From the NCBI GenBank assembly GCA_964270895.1, contig OZ185452.1: DNA of 64,000 bases; one strand, written 5' to 3'. The position numbers were made by a program, and so were the translations under genes. The notes under the pieces were generated by a model. The model searched no databases. It saw only the letters and a list, made by a program, of their open reading frames with translations, and was not told the origin of the DNA. Numbering within the stretch: position 1 is the first letter of the stretch; every line of letters starts with the position of its first letter. The stretch comes from Podarcis filfolensis. Lineage: Eukaryota. Of this stretch, positions 37,265 through 49,960 are shown piece by piece.

Positions 37265-37412
37265 AAGACCATGAGGAAATTGGTACAGCACAAGACACTT
37301 AATCTCGGGGTCACAGGTTCGAGCCCCACCACACTGGGCAAAATATCCCTGCATTCCAGGGGTTGGACTAGATGACCCTCAGGGACCCTTCCAACTCTAC
37401 AAACTATTCTAT
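37265..37412 (+). mobile_element. tRNA-Lys-derived SINE with CR1-type tail (Squam2-like)
   Basis: CTTAATCTCGGGGTCACAGGTTCGAGCCCCAC head; GGGTTGGACTAGATGACCCTC...TTCTATGA tail. Confidence 0.75.
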
Positions 37413-37414
37413 GA

Positions 37415-37955
37415 ATAATAATAATAAATAATAAAATAATAAAATTTTATTTATATCCCGCCTTCCCCAGCCGAAGCCGGGCTCAGAGCAGCTAACAACA
37501 GTAAAAGTAACACAGTTTACATAAAATCACAATCAATTAATTAAAATACATTCTAAAATCAGTTCATTCTAAAGTCAATTCTGAATCAAATTGATGGCAA
37601 CCATTGGGCTAGAGTTCTGTGAAGAATTACCAAAGGAGGGGGTCAGGCTGTGCCTTGGCCAAAGGCCTGGTGGAACAGCTCCGTCTTGCAGGCCCTGCAG
37701 AAAGATGTCAAGTCCCACAGGGCCCTAGTCTCTTGTGACAGAGCGTTCCACCAGATCGGGGCCATGGCTGAAATAGCCCTGGCTCTGGTTGATGCCAGCC
37801 TAACCTCTCTGTGGCCCGGGATCTCTAATATGTTTTTATTTGAAGACTGGAAGGTCCTCCGTGGGACATACCAGGAAAGGCGGTCCCATAGGTCCGAGGG
37901 TCCGAGGCCGTATAGGGCTTTAAAGGTTAAAACCAGCACCTTGAAATCAGATCCC
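37415..37955 (-). mobile_element. L2 LINE 3' fragment (family A)
   Basis: Encodes FKVLVLTFKALYGLGP...ARAISAMAPIWWNAL (L2 ORF2 C-terminus) plus tail. Confidence 0.85.
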
Positions 37956-38939
37956 ACCATGGGTTGCGTATAACACGAATGCACATGCATTTTGGCACAC
38001 GCGTCAAGTCTCCTGTCGTTTCAAAAAAGCAAAAAGTTGTCTTTCCGTTTCTCGTTGGGTTCATTTTGAATTACAAATGGGGTACCGTAATCTTTTCAGT
38101 GCTTAGGAACTCTTGATCTGTGTGCAACGCTGGCTTTCCTAGGAAAGGCAACTGCTAAACCCTTCAGCTCCCACCACCACCCACCCCTGCTATTCCTGAC
38201 TCCTCCTGAGGCTGCCACAATCTCCTGCTCACACTCACAGTCGTCTAATGACTATGTGCCCAAAGGCGGGGCAGGCCATGGACTCCAAATGATCCTCCTA
38301 TCAAGCTACACTCTCCCCTTTTAAAAAATGGAACTTAAGACTGGAAGAGAGGAGTGAAAGAGAAGCACGCCAGAGGAGCCAGACTCCCTGCGAACAGGCA
38401 TCAATTATTTTCCCTCCGCATCTTCATGGCAAACCAAGACTGGAGGAGAAAAAGCAATCTTAAACTCAATGGGCTCCTGGCATGGCTTCGTATCACAGGC
38501 AAGAAGCAACATCGGTCAACAAAACATCACACCTTCGCCTCAGGCTGTTTGTCTTCAACTGGTGGGCCCTAGTCTAATCTAAAGTGGATCACATCAGGGT
38601 AACTGCCATCAATTCTCTCTCGTTCACTCGCTCAAGTTTTTCCCCTATCTCATCGCTTTTTATTTTTTAAGGGAAGGAGAAAGAGACAGGAGGAATTTGG
38701 TGAAAATGGGCTCTCCTCTGCAAACCTCCCCAAGCATTCCAGGCATTTTAATACTTTGTAGTGATTTACTGGGATGAACCCTTGAGCCAACACTATCATG
38801 AGGGAAAGGGGAGACAGGGAGGCCCACCCCTTCAGCTCCACTCAGCTGCCATTTGCCTCCTTCCATCCATAGATGGGCATCTACAGCGATGGAGGAACCA
38901 TAAGTCCTAGATTCCCAGCTTGCTTTCTTTTAAAAGTAT

Positions 38940-39383
38940 GTTCCTAGGACCCTCATACCTACGGGACCGCCTCTCCCGGTATGCCCCACAGAGGACCTTA
39001 AGGTCCATAAATAGCAACACCCTAGAGGTCTCGGGCCCTAAGGAAGCTAGATTAGCCTCAACCAGAGCCAGGGCCTTTTCAACACTGGCTCCGGCCTGCT
39101 GGAACGCTCTGTCTCATGAGACCAGGGAGCTGCAGGATCTGATTTCTTTCCGCAGGGCCCGTAAGACAGAGTTGTTCCGCCTGGCCTTTGGCTTGGAGCC
39201 GATTTGATTCCCTCTCCCTTTTTCTTTTTCCTTTTTCCTCCTGTGATGAGGCTGCATTTTAATGTTTTAATGTTGTATTTTAATCTTGTTTTTAAGTTGT
39301 ATTCATTCAACTTGTTTTTATTATTGCTTGTTAGCCGCCCTGAGCCTGGCCTTGGCTGGGGAGGGCGGGGTATAAATAAAATT

Positions 39384-39425
<42 letters not shown>
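38940..39425 (+). mobile_element. L2 LINE 3' fragment (family A) with a (TAG)14 tail
   Basis: LGPSYLRDRL...ARAFSTLAPACWNAL...KTELF; (TAG)14 at 39384-39425. Confidence 0.85.
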
Positions 39426-39427
<2 letters not shown>

Positions 39428-39657
39428 AAGCTTGTGATACGAGACAGGCAGTGTTCATATGTTGTGTGTTTGAGAGAGAAAATAACCTGCTGATGTCAGG
39501 GGCTGTGCTGAGGAGGGCGGTAAAGAGGAAGAACGGTGGGAGCCTCCCCCTGCTCCTGAATCTTCCCAGGAGCAGTGGGACAGTATAGATTTGGAACAGT
39601 GGTTTGCAGAGGGACATAGTTCAGAAGACCGAAGAACTGGGTGGTGAACAGCTAGGA

Positions 39658-39908
39658 CATGGGTAGGCAACCTAAGGCCTGTGGACCGGATGTGGCCCAA
39701 TCGCCTTTTCAATCCGGTCTGCAGACGGTCCAGGAATCAGCGTGTTTTTACATGAGTAGAATGTGTCCTTTTATTTAAAATGCATCTCTGGGTTATTTGT
39801 GGGGCATAGGAATTCGTTCATTTTTTCCCTTCAAAATATAGTCCGGCCCCCCACAAGGTCTGAGGGACACTGGACCGGCCCATGGCTGAAAAAGGTTGCT
39901 GACCCCTG
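39658..39908. mobile_element. hAT MITE with perfect 8-bp TSD AGCTAGGA
   Basis: TSD at 39650-39657 and 39909-39916; same family as 57505-57753 in the opposite orientation. Confidence 0.92.
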
Positions 39909-40295
39909 AGCTAGGAGAAGAACTGAACGAGAGAAAAAGAGTTAACAGATTCACTTTCACTGGAAAGCGTCCATCCGCTCAGCCCAAGGTCAAGGAGAGC
40001 AGATAAGGAGGCAGCTCAGAAAAAGCACAGTGCTTTTGAGATCAGGTTGCAAGATGCAGAAGTGACGGGGGTGACTAGGGGGGAAGTGGGTGGCACCCTT
40101 AATTGAGAGCACCTTCATCCTAGGAATGGATTCTTTGTTCTCTCGCTGTGCTCGTTAAACTTTCTAACTGGTAAGAGACTCCTATCGCTTTGTTCTGCTT
40201 ATCTACTGCCGGGGGGGGGGGGGGGGGAGCCGAGTCCCTGAAGCCTGACAGCTACTCACTTTCACTGCTTTACTCAAACACTACTTATATAAATC

Positions 40296-40332
<37 letters not shown>
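40296..40332. repeat. (AAT)n microsatellite
   Basis: Direct read. Confidence 0.95.
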
Positions 40333-40457
40333 TACTCTTGTCCCCACCCGCTGCCTCCTGAAAACTTTCCCATCTCCAACACCTTCAGCTTTTGAAGGTT
40401 GCACATGACACCCTCCCTGATATCCTGGAGAGTGTGCTGCCAGTCAGAGTATACAAT

Positions 40458-40813
40458 AAGGTAAAGGTAAAGGGACCCCTGACCATTAGGTCCAGTCGTG
40501 ACCGACTTTGGGGTTGCGGCGCTCATCTCGCTTTGTTGGCCGAGGGAGCCGGCGTACAGCTTCCGGGTCATGTGGCCAGCATGACTAAGCCGCTTCTGGA
40601 GAACCAGAGCAGCGCACGGAAATGCTGTTTACCTTCCCGCCGGAGCGGTACCTATTTATCTACTTGGACTTTGACGTGCTTTTGAACTGCTAGGTTGGCA
40701 GGAGCAGGGACCGAGCAATGGGAGCTCACCCCGTTGCGGGGATCCGAACCGCCGACCTTCTGATCGGCAAGTCCTAGGCTCTGTGGTTTAACCCACAGAG
40801 CCACCCGCGTCCC
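40458..40813 (-). mobile_element. Sauria/Squam1 SINE
   Basis: Full length with (ACCTTT)n tail; TSD-like GAGT..ACAATA. Confidence 0.92.
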
Positions 40814-40915
40814 TGAGTTGACAATACTGGGGGCTAAAAGGCAAACAGTCTGATCTTGCCTACGTAACAAAGATGCGGAGCAGTTTCACTTCTCAAGTTC
40901 AGTCGCACAACTCAC

Positions 40916-41055
40916 GCTGCAGCTATGTTGATGTACTTCCCGACACCCTCCCGGTACGTCTTCGGAATGTGCTGCTCCTTCTTTGGGACGACGACTTTGG
41001 TCTTCTCCTTGGCTGCCTCCTCCTCTTGCTGGGCCTTCTCTCTCTCTTTGGCAAC
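40916..41055 (-). CDS. PPIL2: PPIL2 exon (VAKEREKAQQEEEAAKEKTKVVVPKKEQHIPKTYREGVGKYINIAA)
   Basis: AG/GT boundaries; 140 nt; GVGKYIN motif; frame joins both neighbours. Confidence 0.95.
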
Positions 41056-41137
41056 CTTTGAAGAAAAGACACAAGAGCAGGTAAGGTCCCAAAAGGCATG
41101 ATATCAAACAGACCAGAGGGTCATCTATCTAGATATC

Positions 41138-41360
41138 GAGAGCCAGTGTGGCGAAGCGGTGAGCGTGCTGGACTAGGACCTGGGAGAGCAGGGTTCAAAT
41201 CCTCCCACTCGGCTATGAAGTTCACTTGAGTGGCCTTTGGCCAGTCACTGCCTCTCATCTTGACCCCCTTCACAGGGTTTGCTGTGGAGGAATTAAATGA
41301 GGAGTGGGAGAACCACGCCTTGAGCTCCTCGCAGAAGAAGGTGGGATATAAATGCAGAAA
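41138..41360 (+). mobile_element. Squam3/MIR-like SINE
   Basis: GAGAGCCAGTGTGG head, GGGTTCAAATCC B box, GGGATATAAATG tail. Confidence 0.7.
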
Positions 41361-41727
41361 ATCAACAACTAAAATAGTCAAAAGATGGGATCGTCTGCAC
41401 TTTTTATGAGGATAAAATGGAACAAAGGGGGCAGAACTATGTACGCCACCTTGAGCTCCGGGGGGGGGGGGGAGGCAGGTAAGAGAGAAAGGTAATCAGA
41501 AAGAAGCAAGTAGACTGTAAAACAATCTTGCCTAAAGGGCATGTCACGCCCAAATGTTGTAAATAAATAAAATCCGATTAAGTCAGGTTTTCTTCAAATT
41601 CAAAAGCGCAGACACAACCAAACACACACACACAGAACTAAGGGCTGCCTAGGGAGGTATTAAATTAATTTCCTGCTTGAGTAGCTCTCTGTGCTAGCCT
41701 GCTTATGTCCCAAGTTTCCATCATCAC

Positions 41728-41790
41728 CTGAGCATCTGCTTCTTCGTATGGATCAACGAAAACAGTCGTCGACGTGATTTTTATTTCTTC
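41728..41790 (-). CDS. PPIL2: PPIL2 exon (EEIKITSTTVFVDPYEEADAQ)
   Basis: 63 nt, AG/GT; VFVDPYEEADAQ motif. Confidence 0.96.
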
Positions 41791-41958
41791 CTGGGGACAA
41801 AAGGAGACGAGAGGGTGGGTTAAGTATATGGTGCACTCCACGGATCAGTGCCACCACTCCTGAACTTTGGGCTTAAAGTGTGCTCAAGCGCAGGAGTGGC
41901 GGAGGACAACGAAGTCACAAAGTTCAGGCGAGTAACCTGTTGCTGCAGGTGATGCTAC

Positions 41959-42031
41959 CTTGGGACGGTCTGTTTTGGGATCACTCTCCACGTTCTCCAT
42001 TGCTGTCAGCGTCTCAAAGCCACCGACCACT
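41959..42031 (-). CDS. PPIL2: PPIL2 exon (VVGGFETLTAMENVESDPKTDRPK)
   Basis: 73 nt, AG/GT; end of the cyclophilin domain. Confidence 0.96.
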
Positions 42032-42151
42032 CTGTAAAAGAAAAAGAGACAATCTGAGTGGAGGGATAAAACAAAGTGGGGAGAAAGAGGGGGGCAGAAC
42101 GCATCGTTCCAAAAGCATTTGCGACATTTCGGTCACTTTCATAAAGCTATC

Positions 42152-42437
42152 GTTTACTTTAAAAAATTTTCACCTATGATCCTTTTCTTTTACTTCTTTA
42201 TTTTTCTTTGTTCTTTTTTCTGAAATCTTATCTTTCATTTCACTCCTTTATTGTGAATAGCATTTTACAGAGGTATAAATAACTGTAAATATGAAAAGAG
42301 GCAAAGTATTCTCTAATTTTTTTTCCTTGGTTATATGTATTTTCTTTTTTCTTTGTATTTTCTTTTGTTGTAAATATGTATGTTTTCTAATGTGTACTTA
42401 ATAAAAATTATTTAAAAAAATTAAAAAAGCAAAAAAA
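42152..42437 (+). mobile_element. 5'-truncated L1-type 3'UTR with poly(A)
   Basis: T-rich body, AATAAA at ~42400, A tail, TSD AAAGCTATC at 42143-42151 and 42438-42446. Confidence 0.8.
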
Positions 42438-43899
42438 AAAGCTATCACCTTAACGCGGACTTTGTGATTTTTTGTTGTAGGCCGACACGACTACTTTCGC
42501 TTTTCCATTATTTTAGATTTTCATTATGTTGCATGTATTTTAGTCGCTATCTGGAAGAGGATTTGAACACTGGAAAAGCGACACAAAGCCGCTCTAAATA
42601 AAATCTGTAAAAAATACCCAAAGGGAGCAGCAACTACCGCAAACTTTGGCCATCCAGCAGAGGGAAATAATCCTGCTCAAGTTTCTGTTTGAATGATACA
42701 TGGTTCAGTCCTCTGCCAGTCAGGATGAAAACACAAAGTTCAGTGGATAGGGTCCTAATCTCTTATTGACCAGGCAAGGGAGAAGACTTAGGGGTGTTTC
42801 CACCAAGCTGTTTCACAAATGGTTTCTATGTGCTTTAGAAAGTTCACAGCAGCAGCTCCTTTTTATGACGCTTTAGGCTGACAGCAACAGAAGAAGCCTT
42901 TACACGACACTGAAGACACAAAGCTCATCCAACAGATGGGCTCTACATTTTTAATTGCCCCCAATTTAAGTCCTGAAGCCTTCTCTCACAAATAAACTCA
43001 AGCTTTCTTATTGGGGATCTTTATTTTAATTGGGCTTTAATAATCCAAAAAATCCAGAATATCACATGCTGGCCACCTCCAAAAAAGGGGGAGACGGGAA
43101 CCCTTTTTAGGACCCAAATCAAGCAACCCCTCCCTCAAACCCCACTCTTCTCCCAGGACCTGGTATGACACTCAAACCACTCCACCACATGGTATTCATA
43201 TTCAATGGTATTAATAATATTATTAATAACAATGATTCATATTATTACTAATTACCAATTCTGAATGCTGTCATTTGTACAGCTGCCTAAAGGAAATGTA
43301 CCACTAAGGCCAGGCCTTGACAAGGCCCCAAAGTCTCTACGCTTATCCCTACATTCAGGAAGAGACCTTCGTCTGCTCTGCTGACATCTGTGCCTGAGAC
43401 GTTTTTCCTTCCACTTGTGTGTTTTTCTCTCTTGCTCCTAAATTATATCAATTAAGCAGCTTGCCATATTGTGCTGGCTGGGGCCCAAGGCAAAACACAG
43501 TTTCCTGCTCAGGAGACAATGCAAAATAAAATAAAGAAAGTCTCTGGAATGCTTTAGGGAGAGAAATGAAAACACAGAGCAGAAGGAAGGGGGGAAGGGG
43601 ACTTGCCTGAGCAAGAAAAATCTACATGTCCGCTTGGCAGATCTGTGTTTACCGGGGGGGGGGGGGGAAGTATTTTAAGATGTTGATCGGAAGTATGGCA
43701 CCCTTTATAGCTGGAGGAGCCAAATTCTGAAGGTTGATATTAGGGCTGCCTAGAACTTAAAAGATTCGTTTGCAGATTTCCAGTGCGTGCAGCAAAAATA
43801 CATAATGCACTGCATTCGTTACGCAATGACCCATCAGCCTCAACCAGCATGGCTAGTGGCCCAGGAAGATGGGAGTTGTACCTTTGAAGGTGACCCGGA

Positions 43900-44285
43900 A
43901 ACTACAACTAATCCAGAATGCGGCAGCCAGACTGGTGACTGGGAGACCATATAACACCGGTCTTGAAAGACCTACATTGGCTCCCAGTACGTTTCCGAGC
44001 ACAATTCAAAGTGTTGGTGCTGACCTTTAAAGCCCTAAACGGCCTCGGTCCAGTATATCTGAAGGAGCGTCTCCACCCCCATCGTTCAGCCCGGACACTG
44101 AGGTCCAGCACCGAGGGCCTTCTGGCGGTTCCCTCACTGCGAGAAGCCAAGTTACAGGGAACCAGGCAGAGGGCCTTCTCGGTAGTGGCGCCCTCCCTAT
44201 GGAACACCCTCCCACCAGATGTCAAAGAGAACAACAACTACCAGACTTTTAGAAGATATCTGAAGGCAGCCCTGTTTATGGAAGC
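43900..44285 (+). mobile_element. L2 LINE ORF2 C-terminal fragment (family B)
   Basis: LKDLHWLPVRFRAQFKVLVLTFKALNGLGP...RAFSVVAPSLWNTLP. Confidence 0.9.
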
Positions 44286-45100
44286 TGCCCCATACTGCAT
44301 TAAAACACACTGGTCCATCTATTTCAGTACAGTCTTCCCCAGGGGTTGCCAACCTGGTGCCCATGGGCACCATGACACATGTAAAGCCTCTCACTTGTGG
44401 CCCTAGGCAGGAATGGCACACTCCAAGCTTTCATAAAAAACAACAACAAGAAGTCTCTAGTCCTTCTAGGAAGTAAGTTATGGGGCAAAAAGTGCAGGTA
44501 CCTCATAAGTGATTTTTGTGATTTGAAAGTGAGTGTGATGTGGCCACGTTATATATTTTTCCTGGTAGTGAGGTATGTTCCCTCTTGTTGTTAGATAGCA
44601 GGACCATTGGGGGCGTGTGTGTAAAATAAATATTGTGTGATGGACCAGCAGGACATAGCTGACTTCCCATGTTTTCCAGTCTCTAAATCGACCACTGACA
44701 CCCCCCCTTCTCTTCTCCCACATACATTTTGGGCTGGCTTCCAGCTTAAGAAAAACCCAACTGGTGACATGCAAAGCCAATCTAATTTTTAAAAATAAAA
44801 AGCTGAAACACTGTTCCAAGGGGAGGAAGTGGCTTTATGGTCGACACAAGAGGCAACCTGCACGGCTGGCTGGGGACAAAGGGGGCTTCATGATTATCAC
44901 AAGGGCCAGTGATAATCAGCACTTTGCACAGCCAGCTCCTGTTGGTACAGCAAAGAACTGCTTGCCCCGAGCTTCATTCTCTGTGGAAGGTTGTAATTCT
45001 GACCCACAAGGAGGTGAGTATGGACCTACAGGAGGGTCATTACAAGAGCAGCTCATGATGTAAGAGCATGCCTTAATCAAGATTTACTCTTGTACAGTGG

Positions 45101-45457
45101 CAAAGGTAAAGGTAAAGGGACCCCTGACCATTAGGTTCAGTCGTGGCTGACTCTGGGGTTGCAGCGCTCATCTCGCTTTATTGGCCGAGGGAGCCGGCAT
45201 ACAGCTTCCGGGTCATGTGGCCAGCATGACTAAGCCGCTTCTGGCAAACCAGAACAGAGCACGGAAACACCGTTTACCTTCCCACCGGAGTGGTACCTAT
45301 TCATCCACTTGCACTTAGCGTGCTTTTGAACTGCTAGGTGGGCAGGAGCAGGGACCAAGCAACGGGAGCTCACCCCGTTGCGGGGATTCGAACCGCCAAC
45401 CTTCTGATCGGCAAGTCCTAGGCTCTGTGGTTTAAACCACAGCGCCACCCGCGTCCC
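45101..45457 (-). mobile_element. Sauria/Squam1 SINE inserted into a MITE end
   Basis: TSD TTGTACAGTGG at 45090-45100 and 45458-45468. Confidence 0.92.
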
Positions 45458-45462
45458 TTGTA

Positions 45463-45704
45463 CAGTGGTACCTCAGGTTAAAAACTTAATTTGTTCCAGA
45501 GGTCCGTTCTTAACCCGAAACTGTTCTTAACCTGAGACACCACTTTAGCTAATGGGGCCTCCCGCTGCCGCCGCATCACCGCCACGCAATTTCTGTTCTC
45601 ATCCTGAAGCAAAGTTCTTAACCCGAGGTACTACTTCCAGGTTAGCGGAGTCTGTGACCTGAAGCGTTTGTAACCTGAAGCATCTGTAACCTGAGGTACC
45701 ACTG
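45463..45704. mobile_element. Tigger-like MITE, family T1
   Basis: TA|CAGTGGTACCTCAGGTTA...TAACCTGAGGTACCACTG|TA. Confidence 0.9.
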
Positions 45705-47599
45705 TACAGGTAAAAAAAAGAGACAACCCACAAAAAGGTAAAGATGTGAAGATCACACATACTTCCTTAACCTACTTATCTCCCACCCCCTGAATTTGTG
45801 ACCGTGACTCGTAAGTTCTATGGTACAGGAGGGCTATTTTTTAAAAATTTTATTTTAGTGAGAGCATACTGTTGCTTGTAAACGTTCAAACACCATTCAT
45901 TACTGCCAGCGTAACATTATGGAACAAATGGCAGGACCGCCCAGACTACCATGCCCCAACCTCTTTTCCTTCCTGCACAGGACAGTTTCCTTCTCTTACA
46001 TTCACTTTCCGGGTCACATTTTCATTGAAACCACCATAGATCAGGGGTAGCCAATGTTGTGGCCCCCAGATGTTGTTAGACTCCAGTTCCCATCAGCCCC
46101 AGCCAACATGGCCAGAGAGGTCAAGGGTGATGGGAACTGGAGTCTTGCCCCACCCCTCCAGCCCTGAGAGCCTTCATAAAGGACCTGCTTCCATAAGATT
46201 TTGGAGGGGAATTTCTCAACTTTTGTGTTGGGGCATAAAAGATTTCCAGGTGGAACCAACAGGTACTAATGTCATCAGATCTGGGGCTAGCTTTGGATAT
46301 GAAGTTTTGGATATTTGTACTGGACCTACCAGTGCACTTTGATAAACAGATGAGCTGCTCAGTGTTAACTTATTTTCATACGTTATTCTATTTCTATTTC
46401 CTTATTTAACAAACGTATCAATCACTTCCTAGCACAAAGCTATCAAAGCAGCGTACAAGATAAAAAACACAAGTTCTGACAACAATAAAATAATTCGGGA
46501 GGACTCTAAAAACGATAAAACAATATCTGCTAATTGTGAAAACGCTAGTGCAATGTTGGCAGATATTCCATCAAAGACAAGGCTATACCTCAGGGAAAGC
46601 CTTTTTAGAACAGAAACGTCTTCAGCGGATGCCTAAACATCATGACATAAGGTGCTGGTCTGATTCTGGCTGGTCACAAATTCCAAAGAGCTGGAGCTAC
46701 AACACTAAAAGCCTGATATCTAGTACAGGCTAAGAGAACCTCTGGGATCTAGGGTGCTCTCAGTAACGTCCCTTCTGCACAGTTTCCCATGCAGGGACAC
46801 ATGGAGCAAGGTGGCCCCTTACATACTGTGGCCCTGAGCCTTTCAGGGCTTTAAATGCCGAAAGCAAAACCTTGAACCTCCTGGTAGTATATTGGCAGCC
46901 AGGGCAGCTCCCTCAGCAGGGGTGCTATCTGGTGTCTGTCATTGAATTCTGCGCAATAGTGATCCAGAGCAGATTCCAATGTATAGTAAGCAGAGTAAAA
47001 ACTTAAAACACATTGCATGATTCCCAAAAAATAGACCAGAGGCAATTGTATTTAATCCAGCAGAGCTTTACTGCTACTGAAGGCAAATGAGCATCATGGT
47101 CACAAATCCAGGGTTGGCACTATCCGTAAGAAATCCAGTTGCAGCAGAACTTAACTTAAACTTACAATAACTTATAACAAGTCTAAACCTTAACACTATA
47201 GCATACTGTGTACAGAACACCACACCAGACAGAAAAGAGATAGAAAAAGGAAAGTGAAAACCAGGCTCCTTCTGGCCTTTTTATTATAGTCAGTGTGACC
47301 TTGACAGAAGAGATAATGGAACCAGTTTAAGCCAGCTGTACTCAGCTTCTCTGAAGGAATAACCCAAACATCATGAAGTTTCTGCTTGTTTCTTTCACAC
47401 AGAGAAGCTTCCAGAACCCTCTTGAATGAATTAGAATAGGAAAGATCTCTACACATCAGATCAATACTTTCTGCACTAAGAAATGGAAACTGACAGTGTT
47501 GACAGGGGAGAACCAGCCAATCAGCTAATTGCTGCATTCTGGTTTGGCTGCAGCTTCCGAGCCAAGGGCCAACGGAAGCCCCAGCGATGCTCCAGTGAT

Positions 47600-47802
47600 A
47601 TTTTTTATTATGGACAAGGACCTGGGAGACCAGGGTTCAAATTCCCTGAAGCCCACAGGGTGACTTGGGGCCAGTCACTGTCTCTCAGCCTAACCTACCC
47701 TTGCAGGGTTGGTTTGACGTCAAAATGGAGAGGAAGAGAAGCTTGCACGTCACCTTGAGCTCTTTGTTGAAAAAATGGGGTATAAATGCAATAAATAAAT
47801 AA
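47600..47802 (+). mobile_element. Squam3/MIR-like SINE
   Basis: GGGTGACTTGGGGCCAGTCACTGTCTCTCAGCCTAACCTAC core; AATAAATAAATAA tail. Confidence 0.7.
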
Positions 47803-47891
47803 ACGCGACATCATTTAGACTGGTGCTCTGTTTTGTTTTCCATGGGAACCGCTTTGAGCGAGGGATGCGTTTTCAGAAAACGTGGCATATA

Positions 47892-48150
47892 CCGTATTTT
47901 TCGCTCTATAAGACGCACCAGACCACAAGACGCACCTAGTTTTTGGAGGAGGAAAACAAGAAAAAAAATATTCTGAATCTCAGAAGCCAGAACAGCAAGA
48001 GGGATCATTGCGCCGTGAAAGCAGCAATCCCTCTTGCTGTTCTGGCTTCTGGGATAGCTGCGCAGCCTGCATTCGCTCCATAAGATGCACACACATTTCC
48101 CCTTACTTTTTAGGAGGGAAAAAGTGAGTCTTATAGAGCAAAAAATACGG
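47892..48150. mobile_element. Tc1/mariner (Tc2/pogo-like) MITE
   Basis: TIR CCGTATTTTTCGCTCTATAAGAC / GTCTTATAGAGCAAAAAATACGG; TA TSD. Confidence 0.88.
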
Positions 48151-49244
48151 TAAATAAAAATCACAAGGACTCTTGCTCAAGTCTCCCTTTCCCCAAAATC
48201 TGAAGCCAGCATCTGCTGATTCACTGGCCCGTTTTATTCAGGCAAACGGTAGTGCTACCTCGCCGTCTGAAATATTGTGCTAGGCTTATCAAAATGCAGA
48301 GGTCCAATCAGTATGCCAAATAAAAGCACTTTAATATAGAAGTGGAAAAATCAATTGATGCACAAAGAGGAGATACTGCTTGTGGCCAGCAACCATCAGA
48401 ATGGAAGCCATTTTTCAAGATTTTCATTTGAACCCAGCTGGGTGGGATGCCAGGGCCCATATATCTCTTCATTCCCACTGCATCTGAATAGCACCCTTTT
48501 CCTAAGAGTACTGACCCCCCACCCTGCCCCTGTGCGCAGGAGCTGAATGAAGACCTAGGGGTCGAAATGGGGTCAGAAAGGGCCTGGAGCTGGAAAACCG
48601 GTTTACAAGGTACAGCGTGAAAAAAACTAATTAGGAACTAAAAACCACAGAAATAAAGTGCATGGGCATATACAGAGTGCCCATGTGTGAGATACAGCAG
48701 TATTCTCAGAAAATGCTGCTTCATTGCTTAAAAAACAAAGGGTATACAGCTGCTACTTGCTTTTTGTTCTAGTTTTAATGCATATATGTGTCTGGTTTTT
48801 GGTTTAAAATATTGCAAGTCACTTTGAGTTGCCATGGCAAAAAAACCAATGAACAAAATTATCACCATCATTATTGATTTTATTTCTTTAATTTTGTTGT
48901 TTGTTTCAAAGAACATTTGTTATATTCTTCAGAATTTAGGCTGGGTTCAAAGATGACTTTGTAAGGTCCTTAGGGGGGTCAATGAATGCAGAAGTTTGGC
49001 AAGACCTGATCTAAGGAGCATATGTGGATTGATGCCCTTCTATGCTCACAACCCTCTTGCAAGGCGGGCTAGACTGAAAGGCGAGGAACCAGCCCAAGGC
49101 TCTCCACTGGAGCTATTGTGGCAAAGCTGGAGATCAAACGCAGGTCTCCCCAGTCCTAAACACTCTAAGTACACCAGCTATTCCTCTGCTGCCCAAGTAC
49201 ATAGGAAAACATGGTGTATGTTGCAATAAACTTGTTTCTTTTAC

Positions 49245-49301
49245 CTTCCAAACACTGTGTGTTTCCTGTCCAGGTATGCACAGGATCGGAATGTGATGAA
49301 G
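49245..49301 (-). CDS. PPIL2: PPIL2 exon (FITFRSCAYLDRKHTVFGR)
   Basis: 57 nt, AG/GT; cyclophilin FIT..C..LD.KHT.FG motif. Confidence 0.96.
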
Positions 49302-49760
49302 CTGGAGAGAGGGAAAAACAGACAGAACAGACCTTACAAACCTGCCATAGAACACATCAATATTTCATATATATATATACTCTCATGTCTGGTTACGCTG
49401 CCGTTTCTACAGGGATATATGCTCAGTATTTATCACTCCTGTTATACAAAAATCTCCAAATGGGTCCGAACTCCAATGTCTAAAACTCCTGGTAGAGGAC
49501 AAGGATCTAGAGATCACGCTAAGGGTGGCCAAATTCTGTGCGACTGCCATAAAACTTAGGGAACAAGCTGTACTACCAAAATGATTAAGGTTTTAAATGA
49601 CAATTTTAGGTTATATTTTAGTGATCAAGATTTAATATATATATATTAACTGCCGCTATATCTGTATTGCCTCTGTTATACCCAATTTCAATTCAATGTA
49701 TTCCTGTTTTGTTTTATGATTTTCCTGATATTGTAAGTGAGCCGGAACTGGTCTATGACC

Positions 49761-49960
49761 NNNNNNNNNNNNNNNNNNNNNNNNNNNNNNNNNNNNNNNN
49801 NNNNNNNNNNNNNNNNNNNNNNNNNNNNNNNNNNNNNNNNNNNNNNNNNNNNNNNNNNNNNNNNNNNNNNNNNNNNNNNNNNNNNNNNNNNNNNNNNNNN
49901 NNNNNNNNNNNNNNNNNNNNNNNNNNNNNNNNNNNNNNNNNNNNNNNNNNNNNNNNNNNN
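49761..49960. other. Assembly gap (200 N)
   Basis: Run of N. Confidence 1.

Noticed and set aside
43963-44406. 147-aa ORF as a cellular gene
   Set aside because: L2 ORF2 C-terminal fragment; the same applies to 37643-37990, 38920-39207 and the RTE frames at 31934-32975.
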